Origin: Selaginella moellendorffii
Lineage: Eukaryota > Plantae > Lycopodiophyta
Direction of reading: 5' to 3'
NCBI RefSeq assembly: GCF_000143415.4
Contig: NW_003314316.1
Coordinates: forward strand, 1 to 64,000
Length of the DNA stretch: 64,000 bases
The position numbers and the translations under genes are program-made. Positions 24,848 to 36,149 of this stretch are shown here, one piece after another; the first letter of the stretch is position 1, and each line of letters starts with the position of its first letter. The notes beneath the pieces are model-generated. The model searched no databases and was not told where the DNA came from. It saw only the letters and a list, made by a program, of their open reading frames with translations.

Positions 24848-26767
24848 ATGCCTCTTCCAGCATCACCGGAAGATCACAGTGCTGATAGACTCGCAAGATT
24901 TGTCCGAGGTGCAAAAGACTTGGCCCAGGCTAGAAAGGTTCACTCTCTCGTACTCGGAAGCAGCTACAGTCGAGACAGGTACCTGGCCAATCTGCTCGTC
25001 CACATGTACGGCAAGTGCGGTAGTGTGAGAGATGCCCGGCAGGTGTTCGACGCGATCGACAGGCCCAACGTTGTGGCTTTCAACATCATGCTCGCGACAT
25101 ATGCCCAAAACGGGTATCTCGACGACGCTCGGCTCTTCTTCGACAAAATGCCACAGCGCAACGTGGTCTCTTGGAACGCGTTGGTATCGGCCCAAGCGCA
25201 GCATGGGTTTTTGGAAGAGGCACGGAGAACGTTTAGCAGGATGCCGAGCAAAGACGTGGCTTCGTGGAACATTATGATCACGGCAGCTGCCAGGGATGGC
25301 GATCTCAAACTCGCCAAGCAGATGTTTGACGGGCTCCAGGCTCCAAACCAAGTCTCGTGGAACGCGATGATCAGCGCGTACGTGAAGAACGGGGATCTCA
25401 AAGATGCGAGAGAGCTCTTTGAGAGAATGCCTTCGTCTCAACGCAATGCCATCACTTGGACAACGATGGTGATGGCGTATGCCCGGGCTGGATATATGCA
25501 ACAAGCCCATGGCCTATTTGATCGGCTAGCGGAAGAAGCAGAAGAAGATCATGGTCCTCCTCCAGAGCTATGGAACTTCATGATCACGGCTTACTCACGA
25601 AGATCCCAGCTTCAAGATGCCAAGGAGCTCTTCGACAAGATGCCGCGACGTGATCGAGTGTCCTGGAGAGCTATGGTTTCAGCGTATGCCGAGTCGGGGC
25701 ATCCTTCTAAAGCACTACTCTTGCTAAGCACCACACCATTCGAGCAAGATCTGGTCTGCCAGACAGCGATCATCGTTGGATATGGTCGTGTCGGGGATCT
25801 GGAGGCAGCAAGGAAGCTATTTGACAAGATCCCCAACCGAGACACCATCTTGTGGAACGCCATAGTCATTGCGGCTGCTCACTGCGGGGACTTCCAGACA
25901 GCGCGTCACTACTTCCAGCAGACACCCGACAAGAATGTCCAGTCATGGAACGGCATGATAAGTTGTCTCGCACAACACAACAGGCTCGATCAAGCCAGGG
26001 ATGCCTTCGACCAAATGCCGCATCGAGACGTGGTCTCGTGGACTGTGATGCTCACTGCTTACTCCCAGAGCGGCTACCACAGAGAAGCGTTCCTCCTCTT
26101 TCGACTCACGGACTTGGAAGGCATGGATCCCGACGCTGTGGCTCTGGCCTGTGCTTTCGATGCCTGTGCGAGCTTCTCGAGCAGCAGGGAAGGGAGAGAT
26201 CTTCACGGCTCCATCAGCGGCAGCAAGCTCGAGAAGGATTTGCTGGTTGCAAATGCGATGATCAACATGTATGGTAAGTTCGGGCTCCTCGATCGCGCAG
26301 AGGTGGTGTTTGAGCGAATGAACAACGCCGATGCCGTGTCATGGAACGCTATGATCACAGCTTTCGCTCAGAACGGGCTGTGGAGAGACGCCGAGCGGTG
26401 CTACTCGAAGATGCAGTGCGAGGGGCTCCAGCCGGATGGAATCACTTTCCTGGCGCTTCTCTCTGCGAGCGTTCACGCAGGGAGCTTGTCCAGTGCTTGG
26501 TGCTACTTTGTGGCGATGGAGCTCGACTACGAGCTTGTGGCGACTGCGGAGCACTTCAAGTGCATGGTGGATCTGCTAGGACGGTCGGGAAGAGTGGAGG
26601 AGGCCGAGGAGCTTGCCGCCTCCATGCCATTTCATCCTAACGTTGAGGAGTGGACGTCCATACTTAATGCACGAAAGATCCATGGAGCTAAGAATGTAAG
26701 TATCAAAGTTGCTCAAAATTTACATCAGTTGGATCCTTGCAGTCCCCTCCCATATATTTTAGGATAG
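24848..26767 (+). CDS. PLS-class PPR protein with E domain, no DYW
   Basis: Intronless ORF; ANLLVHMYGKCGSV, PPR repeats, CMVDLLGRSG...WTSILNA. Confidence 0.95.
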   Translation: MPLPASPEDHSADRLARFVRGAKDLAQARKVHSLVLGSSYSRDRYLANLLVHMYGKCGSVRDARQVFDAIDRPNVVAFNIMLATYAQNGYLDDARLFFDKMPQRNVVSWNALVSAQAQHGFLEEARRTFSRMPSKDVASWNIMITAAARDGDLKLAKQMFDGLQAPNQVSWNAMISAYVKNGDLKDARELFERMPSSQRNAITWTTMVMAYARAGYMQQAHGLFDRLAEEAEEDHGPPPELWNFMITAYSRRSQLQDAKELFDKMPRRDRVSWRAMVSAYAESGHPSKALLLLSTTPFEQDLVCQTAIIVGYGRVGDLEAARKLFDKIPNRDTILWNAIVIAAAHCGDFQTARHYFQQTPDKNVQSWNGMISCLAQHNRLDQARDAFDQMPHRDVVSWTVMLTAYSQSGYHREAFLLFRLTDLEGMDPDAVALACAFDACASFSSSREGRDLHGSISGSKLEKDLLVANAMINMYGKFGLLDRAEVVFERMNNADAVSWNAMITAFAQNGLWRDAERCYSKMQCEGLQPDGITFLALLSASVHAGSLSSAWCYFVAMELDYELVATAEHFKCMVDLLGRSGRVEEAEELAASMPFHPNVEEWTSILNARKIHGAKNVSIKVAQNLHQLDPCSPLPYILG

Positions 26768-26975
26768 AAGAGAAAGTACCACACAGGGAACACAAGGATG
26801 GATCTCCCAAGTTTTTCCAAGTTCCTGGAATTGGAAAAGTTCTTCCATGATATCATCTTTGTTGTCTATGTTGATAAAACTCACAAGCTTTTAGGCTCGA
26901 TCTCAATTGTACACAAAGTAACATAGATATCAATCATTTTATACAAATCACCTTCATTTATTTATAGAATGCCCG

Positions 26976-27965
26976 CTACTCATCTTCGTCAGAGCTTTGA
27001 TACGCTAAACCCAGCAAACCAATGTCGCCATCTTTAGCTTCTGTAGTGGATTGTGGCTGCAAAGTAGTAGGAGCTGCTGGACTCGGCGATCGTGCTTCAA
27101 CACGATCATTCGTCGCAGGGCCAGCAACACGAACTCTCTTCGGCTTTACTTCCACAATGCTCTTAAGTAGATCCTGTTGCCTACAAGAGCCAAGTCACAA
27201 AAAGAACCACGCTTGAACTTAACCAGTACCGGATTCCACTCCTTGGCTTGGGCTCTACACGGATTGCAGGGAACGCCGGAGCTTGAGAAGCGTCCACTAA
27301 GCTGGCCGCTTTGTGCTGGAAAACTCGCGTCAAGGAGATCAATCACGGAAAAAGAGATAGCCGTCTCAAAAGTGTGAAGGATATCTTAAACGCATCAAAC
27401 GCCTTCTTCTCTGATCTCCTCCTCACCCTCTCGGCATCCTCCTCGGCTTCCATCTGTTCTTTGAGGTAGAGAAGATCATCGCTGTCAAGAGCTGCAAAGA
27501 CCCTCCCAGGAAAACGTGAGAAAACCAAGAAAAAAACGAGCTTTTCCTAGAGAAATGCAAGGAATTCAAAAACTAAGTGAAGAACAGTACCGCCTCGCCC
27601 ATGCAAATACCCTCCGCGTTCCCCTGCTACCTCTTGCATCTGTTTCGCAGCGCCAATATCCCTGTCAGGGCAAGTTCTCAGTAACATCGCTCGACTGGAA
27701 GCGAAAAAATAGAAGCTTAAAACCAGTATGGCCGGTTCACTAACCCTGGCGACCATCTTCTTGAACGCCGCATCTTCATCATCTATCTTGTCTCTCAAAC
27801 CCTTGGAATACCATCTCTTATCTGCAAGAAATCGAAAATTCAGCCCACATTCCACCCCAAATCCCTTATTCTAGCAGCGAATTCGGATGTAGCAGGAATT
27901 TTTTTGGAGATCTTACCTCGCGAATCGCTGAGATTGGTGTATTCCCTCACCTCTCGCCCCGCCAT
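26976..27965 (-). CDS. Conserved plant protein of unknown function, 6 exons, one U12 AT-AC intron
   Basis: MAGREVREYTNLSDS / KIDDED / MQEVAGERGGYLHGRG / ALDSDDLLYLKEQMEAEEDAER / KAASL...RVEPKPRSGIR / QQDLLK...LLGLAYQSSDEDE*. Confidence 0.85.
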
Positions 27966-28210
27966 AGCCACGCCCGGGCAAGGCTATCTTTCTTTGTTTT
28001 TTAAAAAACCCTAGCCCTAATTGACTGACGGAAACTGCTATGACACGTCGGATTTGCGTTAACGGACGCGCCCGTTTAAATGGCTTAAACTTAAACCCGA
28101 AATAGGGCTATTTGGTTTGATATGTGAGGGAAGAGATTTTGGAACTTCTTTTACTCGTTTTCTTGGCGCTGGGCAGGGCTGGGCGGGCGGCGGCGCTGTT
28201 CGTCACGGCC

Positions 28211-29589
28211 ATGGGCTCCATTGTGACGCGATTGATCCTGTAAGTCTCGATTTCCTTCCTCCGCGCCGTGATTCTCGAGTGACAATCGCTTTCTTGGCGA
28301 TGTTTTTCTTGTAGAATGGTTGTCGGCTATGCCTATCCCGCTTACGAGTGCTTCAAAGGTGTCGAGAAGAGCCGTCCAGACATCGATGCTCTTCGATTCT
28401 GGTGCCAATACTGGTAATGCGTGACTTTTCCCTTTCCTATCCTTGCTGGAGAGAAGAACACTGTTTGTTTTGCTCATTTCTTTGCCTCGATCAGGATGAT
28501 CATCGCGGTTTTGACGATATTTGAGCGCATCGGGGACACTTTCATCTCTTGGTACGAGCTTACTCTTCCATTTCTCTCTTCTTTTTCTTTTTTTCTTCTT
28601 AAGAGCAAGAGCTTGTTTCTCCAGGTTTCCAATGTACAACGAAGCAAAGGTCGCATTTATCATCTATCTGTGGTATCCCAAAACAAAGGTCTGGTACTTT
28701 CTTAGCTGTTCTTTCAAGGGATAATAACCAGCACTCGTTGTTCCAGGGGGCCACCTACATATACATGACGTTCCTGAAACCATACGTCTCTTTCCACGAG
28801 CCAACGATCGATCGCCACCTGAACGAGTTGAAGACTCGGGCAGGGGATTTGGCTTACAATTACTGGCAGAGAGCTGCGATGTACGTGCAAGCCAGGTTCT
28901 TGGAGCTCCTTCACTACGTGGCTTCGCAAACTCCGAACCCTCCCGTCGTAACTCAGGTACGCTTTGTTACGTTTTCCTTCATTTCGAGTGTTAAGCTAGC
29001 AGAACGCGTCCTTTAACCCCGTTTCTTTGCCACTTTCGAACTTCTCCTATAGGAAAGTAGACCCGGCTGGCTGAGACGCTCCTTCACCCTTGCCTCGAAC
29101 TATGGCTACACAACCGTAGCAAACTATGTGGCCGTCACTGAACCCTCAGATGGCTCACAACTTCCCGTCCATCCTGATGCACAGGCATCGTTCAATCCAC
29201 CACACCCGCATCCAAACAGCAATCCACACCCTCCTGTCAAGACCAACTAAAAGCTTCTTCATACTTGAAAACGAAACTCCGATTCCTTTTTGTGAGCCAA
29301 AGCCTCCTTCCTCTTTTTCGTACTTCTTCCCGAGCCTTATCCTCTCTGTTAACCAAAGTAGAGCTTTGCTTTCTCGTTTTCTCTCTTCGTTTCTCGGGTC
29401 TTCTGTTTGTAATGGCCTCCTTTGTTTTTCTCGCAGAATGTGACAACCAGGGATCAACCTCCTGCTGGTGGCCAGATTGTCGAAGACGAGGACTATCACC
29501 TTGTTAATGAGGCCGAGGCACTGGAGGAGGTCCCAGAGGGTTATCGCGAGCCACTTGTCAACAGGAGAAGAGCCGCCAATGTGTGGTGA
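28211..29589 (+). CDS. HVA22-like (TB2/DP1) protein with two candidate terminal exons
   Basis: GYAYPAYECFK, LRFWCQYW, PMYNEAKVAFIIYLWYPKTKG; last exon either 29053-29250 or 29437-29589. Confidence 0.9.
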
Positions 29590-29882
29590 GACTTTTCCAA
29601 GCCTCCTCCTCCTCTCGAAAGAAAAAAAACTCGTACAAATAAGCCAGAGCTTGCGGTGTGATCGATCATACACTTCGTCCCAATAGATGGTACGTGTAGA
29701 TAGATTCCATTTCTCTGTTATCTAACTCTCGTGCTTCCAGTTTTTCCAAAGGGCATGTATATATTCATATTTCTTGTGGAAGAAGAAGAAGATATAGTCT
29801 CGAGAGACTTGGCGTGAAATAAAAGAGTGGAGCGTTACAATACCTCTTGCGATCACCGAGCGAGAGAGAGCTTGGAGTAAGC

Positions 29883-31745
29883 TTAGAAGGTACCCTGCTT
29901 GATGGCGTCTTCGTTGGCATCGCCCAAGGCGGCCTCGGACATATACTTCTCGGCGAGTTGGACCCTCTTGACGTTCTCTTGCTCCTTGACGAGCATGTAT
30001 CCATACGACATGAGCTTGTTGATGGTCATGGCCGGCTTGGCAAACGTTGGTGGCCCGTCCCTTGAGTTGACGAGCTTGGATCCAATGTTCTCCACGCCGG
30101 TGGATTCGATCCACTTCCGGACCTCGTCATCATACACTCTTGCTCTTAGAGCACCGAAGAAATCTGCGAAAGACGAAACGGAAAAAGGAGTGAGAAGTTG
30201 CGGAATGTCGATCGAGAGAAGTTCCGCGTACCGATGGATTGGCCTGGGAATGCATCCACAAGCCTCACCATGTCGTCGTCGGAGATCCCATCTGTGCGGA
30301 AGATCCCCTTGCAAACTCCTATCCTGTCCTCGCGGGTTGGCGCCCAGTAGTACTTCTCCATACGACCATCTCGGATGAGCGGCGCGTAGAGCGTGGAGAA
30401 GTCGTTTCCAGTGACGATGATTGGAACTCGGGGGATCTCCTCCTTGTTGTAGATTCCAGGGAGCTGGACGTTGGTCGGATTGTCCGCGATGTTCATGAGC
30501 GTTGCGTTCACCATCTGGTTGTTGACGGTGTACTGGGTGGTGCCACCCATTCGCCCAGCACCGGCATCCAGATCGTTGATGAAGAGGCAGCACATCTTTC
30601 CTTTCTTCTTGATGATATCCGCAGCCTCGCGGTATCTCTGCCGGATGAGTTTCGCAGGCTCTCCTGCATTTCCACTCTCGAGTTCTCCAGCGCTCATCAT
30701 GATCGGGCTGCCAGCAAAAACATGAGAATGAATGACTTGAACAAACAATAGAAACTTACTTGACACCAAGCTTGGAAAACACGAGCTCGCACTGGAATGA
30801 CTTCCCCTGACCTTTGCCTCCCCAGATTCCAAGAATGAGTGGCACCTGGGACATTGTATTTAGGAAAAACTTTAAAAAAAACTTGTAAATTAGCTTGCCT
30901 TGATGTTTGGAAGTGACATGAAGTTCTTGGCAATATGGATCATCAGCTTCTCCATGAACGCGGGTGCGATGTAAAAGCCGTCCTTGGTGTTGTCAAAAGC
31001 AAAGCTGGACGAATTCGATTCACAACATCATCAATGGATCAGGAAAAAAAAAACGAGCAACTTTGACGTAGAAGAAGAAGCTTACTTGCGCTGGGCCGTG
31101 CTGATGTACTCGTAGCTACTCATGATAGCATTCTGGGTTCCCATTCCAATGGCTCCTTGGTAGAGAGTGTCCACCATTCCCTTGCCACGAGTAATGTCCT
31201 GCTGGTCGTCCGAGATATCGGTCGCCAAGCCCCCCCATCTATCTTTCGCCGACTGCTTTGTTTCGTCCTCTGTGCTCGAAGACTCGCAAACCACCCGGCT
31301 ATGTCCGATAGCATGCGAGAGCGATGCTTGGAACGCATTCTTCCTTTTCAGGTTGAGGCCGAGAAACTGGGAATTGAGACAGGCCACCTTGGATGAGGAT
31401 TTCTGCGCTGGTAAGCTCACAGCCTGGGAGAAAGGAACAAGACAGGTCAGTGAATTCTCGATCGCGAGCAAGAATGCGCTGGATCTAATCAATGCGTTGT
31501 GGAGACGACAAAACACGATGCATTATCAACGAAACGAAATCAGGAAAGATTTCGCGATCGATCGATGCGTGATATTTCGAGCAAGAGGAACAATTCTTGA
31601 AGAAAATGTGCCCAGAATCGATCGATGCCTCGCATTGCAGCGATGGAAATGTAGCAATCTAGCGCCAGGAGCAAGAATCCATGGATGCGATCCAGAGGAG
31701 AGATTATACCTGAGCAACGGGGACCGCCTGGAGAGACGACGCCAT
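29883..31745 (-). CDS. RCA: Rubisco activase, short (beta-type) C-terminus
   Basis: Transit peptide; [14 protein letters not shown]; [11 protein letters not shown] Walker A; [12 protein letters not shown]; [11 protein letters not shown]; ends DAIKQGTF*. Confidence 0.97.
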
Positions 31746-31888
31746 TGCGAGCGAGCGAGGGAGAGCGGTGGGAGAGCTAGGTATTGCGAGAGGGGGAGTG
31801 GCGCTTCTTCTAGACACAAGATAAAAACACAATCGCGTGGTTCTCAGGCACACATTGTGCAAACCGCGCGGCTGGATCACGCGGCGCA

Positions 31889-31896
31889 CACGTGGC
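31889..31896. promoter_or_regulatory. G-box in RCA promoter
   Basis: CACGTGGC about 145 nt upstream of the ATG. Confidence 0.4.
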
Positions 31897-32106
31897 ACCA
31901 TTCTCAGGCCAGGAAGGGTGGAGAACACACGCCAGGTGGCATGCGCACAATGGCTGCAAATTAAATATTGATTCCTCTCCAATATTCCACTTCTCGACCA
32001 CGAATTTACGTTATCGGATTAGATTAACACAAAGCAAAAAAAAACCTCGTCTTAAGAGCTTAAGCACCTGCGCTACATTGTTTATTTCTCGAGCTCTCTC
32101 TTCGTT

Positions 32107-32453
32107 TTACTCCACCTTGCGCCAGTTCCTTCGAGAAATAGGGTTCATCACTACTGGATTCTCCGACGCCGTGCGCGGCCAGCCCTCATCGTACCTCCTC
32201 TCCGTCTCGGCGATCCACTCGGGCGTCATGGTGCGCGGAGTGGTGCCTGCCACAGAGAATCGAATGCGCGTTCCAGGGAAAATTAGGGCGGGGAGAAATT
32301 TCACTTGCCTCCAAAGATCTTGCGATTGGAGATGAGATCCTGGCAAACGTAGGCAAAGACGAAGGAGCCCAGCACGGCGGGCACGGCCTTCATCGGGAAC
32401 ATAGGCCCCGAAGGGCGGAACGATCGGATCACTCGCGATGCGTCCTGCGACAT
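32107..32453 (-). CDS. DUF1138/OZI1-like protein (plant cytochrome c oxidase subunit COX4/COX-X2), GC-AG intron
   Basis: ...AVLGSFVFAYVCQDLISNRKIFG|GTTPRTMTPEW...WPRTASENPVVMNPISRRN; intron 32247-32308 starts GCAAGT. Confidence 0.85.
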
Positions 32454-32611
32454 ACCTGATAAACCCTAAAAGATGGGAGCGCCGCCGCTTTAAAAACTAA
32501 AGGGGCAAACGAAAATAAGCGGCGCCGCTTAAAGCAAGCGAATATTCGTCTCATCAGTTATTCAAGAACCCTAAAAATGGTCGTGTGAATCAATCGAGTT
32601 TTGGGGGGAGA

Positions 32612-33601
32612 ATGGCGGACGAGAAGCCCCCGCCGCCCCCGCCGCCGGCGAGGCGATTGAGCCTGCTTGAGAGGAGCAGCAGGCCCGACGTCCCGAAATT
32701 CAGGTACTCCTCTCCAGTTCTCCCCTCCGCGCCGCCGCCGAGGAAGCGCGTAAGCTTTGCCGAATCGGAGGATGTGAGGATCTTCGAGGCGGACAGGGAG
32801 CCCGTCGTCCAGCAGCCGATGATCTGGTTCTCGAGCTTTAGTCCGATCGCTGACGCTGGCAGCCGGCCGGATGAATCGAGCGAGCAGGTGAAAGGCAGCG
32901 ATCAGCCCTCGACGAGCGGCGGCGGCGGCGGCGGCGCTGTTGTTGAGATTAAGAGGAGGTCTTCGTTGCTGGACAAGCCACCGGCGGCGAAAGAAGAGGT
33001 CGTGAAGAAGGATTGGCATGTCGAGCACGGCCAAGACCATGCCGAGGAGTGGTCGCAAATCTCCATGGCAGCGCAGAAGAAAGTCCATGAATCTACGAGG
33101 AAGAGGTCTAAGCGAAGCTCACGACCGATTCCAATCGGCAGCGCGGAGCAAGCTCTCGTTCCAGTGAGTGCTGCCACCGCCATGCCGTCTGCGTCGACTT
33201 CCACTGCCATAGTTGTCTGTGGAGGAGCTCCACGGCCGGAGGTGGCCGAGAAGAAGAAGAAAAAGAAGAAGAAGAAGAAGAAGAAGAAAAAGACGAAGAA
33301 GAAGAAGAAGAAAGCGAAGCAGATGAGCGTCATGGCGTTCTTGAGAGGAACTATCAAGAGAAGCAGCAAGGCCAAAGTCGAGAGAGCTCTCAAGAGGATG
33401 ATGAGACGCATCGTGACCAAAGTGAAGCGCAAGCGCGATCGAATGAAGGCGGACAAAGATGTGGACATGGTGAAGATCCGGAGGGGATTTAAGCGAGGGA
33501 GGAGGAAGAAGAAGTTCTACACGGTGAAGAAGATTCGGGGGCGTAACTTTGGATTAAAATCCTTGCTCAAGCAGTGGAAGTGGGTTTTCATCTTCTCGTA
33601 A
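32612..33601 (+). CDS. Lysine/arginine-rich uncharacterised protein with RVxF-type motif
   Basis: About 329-aa ORF; RKRVSFAESEDVRIF; poly-Lys tract; basic C-terminal third; possible further spliced exons at 33650-33890. Confidence 0.65.
   Translation: MADEKPPPPPPPARRLSLLERSSRPDVPKFRYSSPVLPSAPPPRKRVSFAESEDVRIFEADREPVVQQPMIWFSSFSPIADAGSRPDESSEQVKGSDQPSTSGGGGGGAVVEIKRRSSLLDKPPAAKEEVVKKDWHVEHGQDHAEEWSQISMAAQKKVHESTRKRSKRSSRPIPIGSAEQALVPVSAATAMPSASTSTAIVVCGGAPRPEVAEKKKKKKKKKKKKKKTKKKKKKAKQMSVMAFLRGTIKRSSKAKVERALKRMMRRIVTKVKRKRDRMKADKDVDMVKIRRGFKRGRRKKKFYTVKKIRGRNFGLKSLLKQWKWVFIFS
33248..33313 (+). repeat. (AAG)n tract encoding poly-lysine
   Basis: About 21 near-consecutive Lys codons. Confidence 0.9.
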
Positions 33602-33914
33602 GAGATTAGAACTTGCAAGGTAAGGTTTTCTCTGTGCTCTTTTATCTCTAGAGTTCATTGTCTACGATGCAGTTTGGAACTTCTTGGAGCGCACCCAGGG
33701 AAAAACCTGGCTTGCTTTTAGTGCTATAAACTGTTGATGTTCTTCTTTTCCAGACTACGGTGAGAGGCCATCCTTATTCACAAGTACGTAACTCCTATTA
33801 CAAGTTATAAGCTGCTAGAGTTTCTTATAGATTTTTTTGTCAGGGCGATACCATTTTTGAGTTCTTTTACGATACTGTTTTCCAATTGCTGGTAAGTGTT
33901 TTCGCGTAAGTAAT

Positions 33915-34345
33915 CGCATCGTCACGGTTCTTGAGAAGATTTCAAATGGCACTGCACTCAATCAAAGCTGCCAAAGAGGCAAGATATTTCGTCCGAGATG
34001 AATGCAGCAAAGCTAACCAGTACTTGCGAGTTCGAAAGCCATCCTTGAAAACCAGAGGTCTGTATAGAAATTTGCATTGTTCTTTTCTAGGAGCACTACA
34101 AGAAGAACTAAAACCTTTCATTACCTTCTCATGTTCAGGGGCCCTGTGATGCAAGTCGCCACACACTTTTGTGTGCATCTCCCGGCCTTGGGAGAGATTG
34201 GTCTTTGGATCCTGGGCGCTTTCTCGGAGCCTGAGCGTTTAAAACCCGACCGGGAATGAGCACTTGATACAGGCAAGCTGAAAAATTGCTTCTTTTTTTT
34301 TTCTCATTGACAACCCGTGGACTGCCGCTCCAGCTCGCGATCTGC
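33915..34345 (-). pseudogene. Broken copy of the At3g56010-like gene plus a ~28-nt UGT fragment
   Basis: Direct match to 38050-38470 but lacks the GGAGGPGE segment and exon 1; 34316-34344 matches 39257-39285. Confidence 0.85.
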
Positions 34346-34540
34346 ACGCTGCGACTTTTTTCACGCAAGAAGTTGGCAGGACGCTGGAATCTGATAAACT
34401 GGAATTTTATTCTCTTTTTAATTCAGAATATCTGTGGTGGATATTCCAGTCTGTAACTGTCACCGGCGTTCTTGGATCTAAGTGCTCGGAGAGAGGGGCG
34501 ATAGGAATCGGCTACTTTTTTGGCTCGTTTAGGCAGGAGA

Positions 34541-35792
34541 ATGAGTATTAAGACAGTTCAGGTAGGGGATGAGGTGTTGAGGAAGGGGCCATGGATGCCC
34601 GAAGAGGACGAGATATTGGTAGAGTATGTACGTCAATATGGACCTCGGGATTGGAGCTCCATTCGTTCCAAAGGCCTCCTCCCACGCACTGGGAAATCCT
34701 GCCGCTTGCGCTGGGTCAACAAGCTCAAGCCCGATTTGAAAAGGTTTTCCATTCTTTCATTCCGTGCTCGTGGAAAGATCACACACACACATACATATAT
34801 ATGTATATAAGCTTTGAATGTGATTTTTCTTTTGTCTCAGAAGTGGGTGTAAATTCTCCCCCGAAGAAGAAAAGCTTGTGGTGGAAATGCAATCGAAACT
34901 TGGCAACAAGTGGGCCAAGATCGCGTCGTGCCTTCCAGGACGCACCGATAACGATGTCAAGAACTTTTGGAGCACCAGGCAAAAGCGACTCCTCAGGGCG
35001 CTCCAGCGGCCAAAGACGCCGTCCGGGAAAGGCGATTGCTCCAGCCTCGACTTGCATGACATGAACAAAGAGCCCCTCAACGAGTTCTCTGCGTTCCAGG
35101 TAGAAGCAAACCACTTGTAACTTGATCTAGGAACACAAATAAAAAGAGTGGAAAAAGCTTGGTTCTTTTCTTCTTTTCTGCCACTACCAAAATGTTTCTT
35201 TTTTTTCTTCACACAAACACAGGTCCCAAGTCCTTCGTGCTCTCCCACGCTGTTGTCATCACCCTTCCAGAGTTTTGGCCCGCCTCTCTTCTTCGGAAAC
35301 GAAGAGGAGGACAACACCTTCAAGGGGCAATCTGATGAGTGGAAACCAAGTAGGCAGAGCTTGCAAGCCTTTGGTGACTTGGAAGACATGGAAGATGTCT
35401 TGACTGCAAAGTTGCCGGACATTGGGCCACCCGACTATCCGTTTCCGGATACAGATTTCTCAAACTCGAATGCTGCGGCAGTGGCGGCAGCAGCAGCAGC
35501 CACAACTGGCACCCCTCCAGCTCAACACCAACATCAGCAAGATCAACAACAGCAGCAGCAAGGTGGTGCTACCTTATGTTGTAGTGACCTTTCGGGATTT
35601 TTGGCTGGCAGTCCACCGCAATGGGAGAAGCTGCCGCTCTTGTGCCTTGATCCAGATGCGTGCATAAAAGAGGAAGGAGACTCCATCAGTCCCGACAGCG
35701 TGCTCTCTGGCTTCCCGGCTGATGTGTTTGATTCACTTGCACCCAGGTTTGGTCCTGCAAAGTTTGTCAGTATGTTTAGTCTAGTCGAGTGA
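34541..35792 (+). CDS. DUO1: DUO1-type R2R3-MYB transcription factor, 3 exons
   Basis: GPRDWSSIRSKGLLPRTGKSCRLRWVNKLKPDLK-SGCKFS, KNFWSTRQKR, C-terminal PDS...FPADVFD acidic motif. Confidence 0.9.
34652..34672 (+). promoter_or_regulatory. Putative miR159/319 target site
   Basis: TGGAGCTCCATTCGTTCCAAA pairs with canonical miR159 with 2 mismatches and 2 G:U pairs. Confidence 0.55.
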
Positions 35793-36149
35793 CTTCGTCT
35801 CCAAGCTCTAGTAGCTATTGTAGCAGTAGACTAGTAGTAATTTTTTATACGAGCAAAGCTCTCTTCATGGATCATGTGCTCCAGTAGTAGTATTCTTTTC
35901 GAGCCGAGCCTAGAGCTCAATAGAGCTCACTTTCAGAACGGTTGAAGTTGAAGAGGATGCATGTACCAGACAACGCGAGCAGCTCGTACTCACAAAGCAG
36001 CCACGAAATTTTTCTTACCGGCCATGCTTCAACATGGATTTGGATCTACGCTGCAAGACTTGACGTTCCTCTTGTTCTTTTTTCGCGTCGCGATGCACAT
36101 CTACTGGTTGTCGGCGGGTATGCGATCTTCATTAAGCTCGATTCTTCTC

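Noticed and set aside
32902-33468. Poly-Phe membrane-protein-like ORF
   Set aside because: Antisense reading of the AAG poly-Lys tract
32612-33601. KNL1 orthologue
   Set aside because: Only the RVSF motif matches; too short, with no coiled-coil/RWD C-terminus visible
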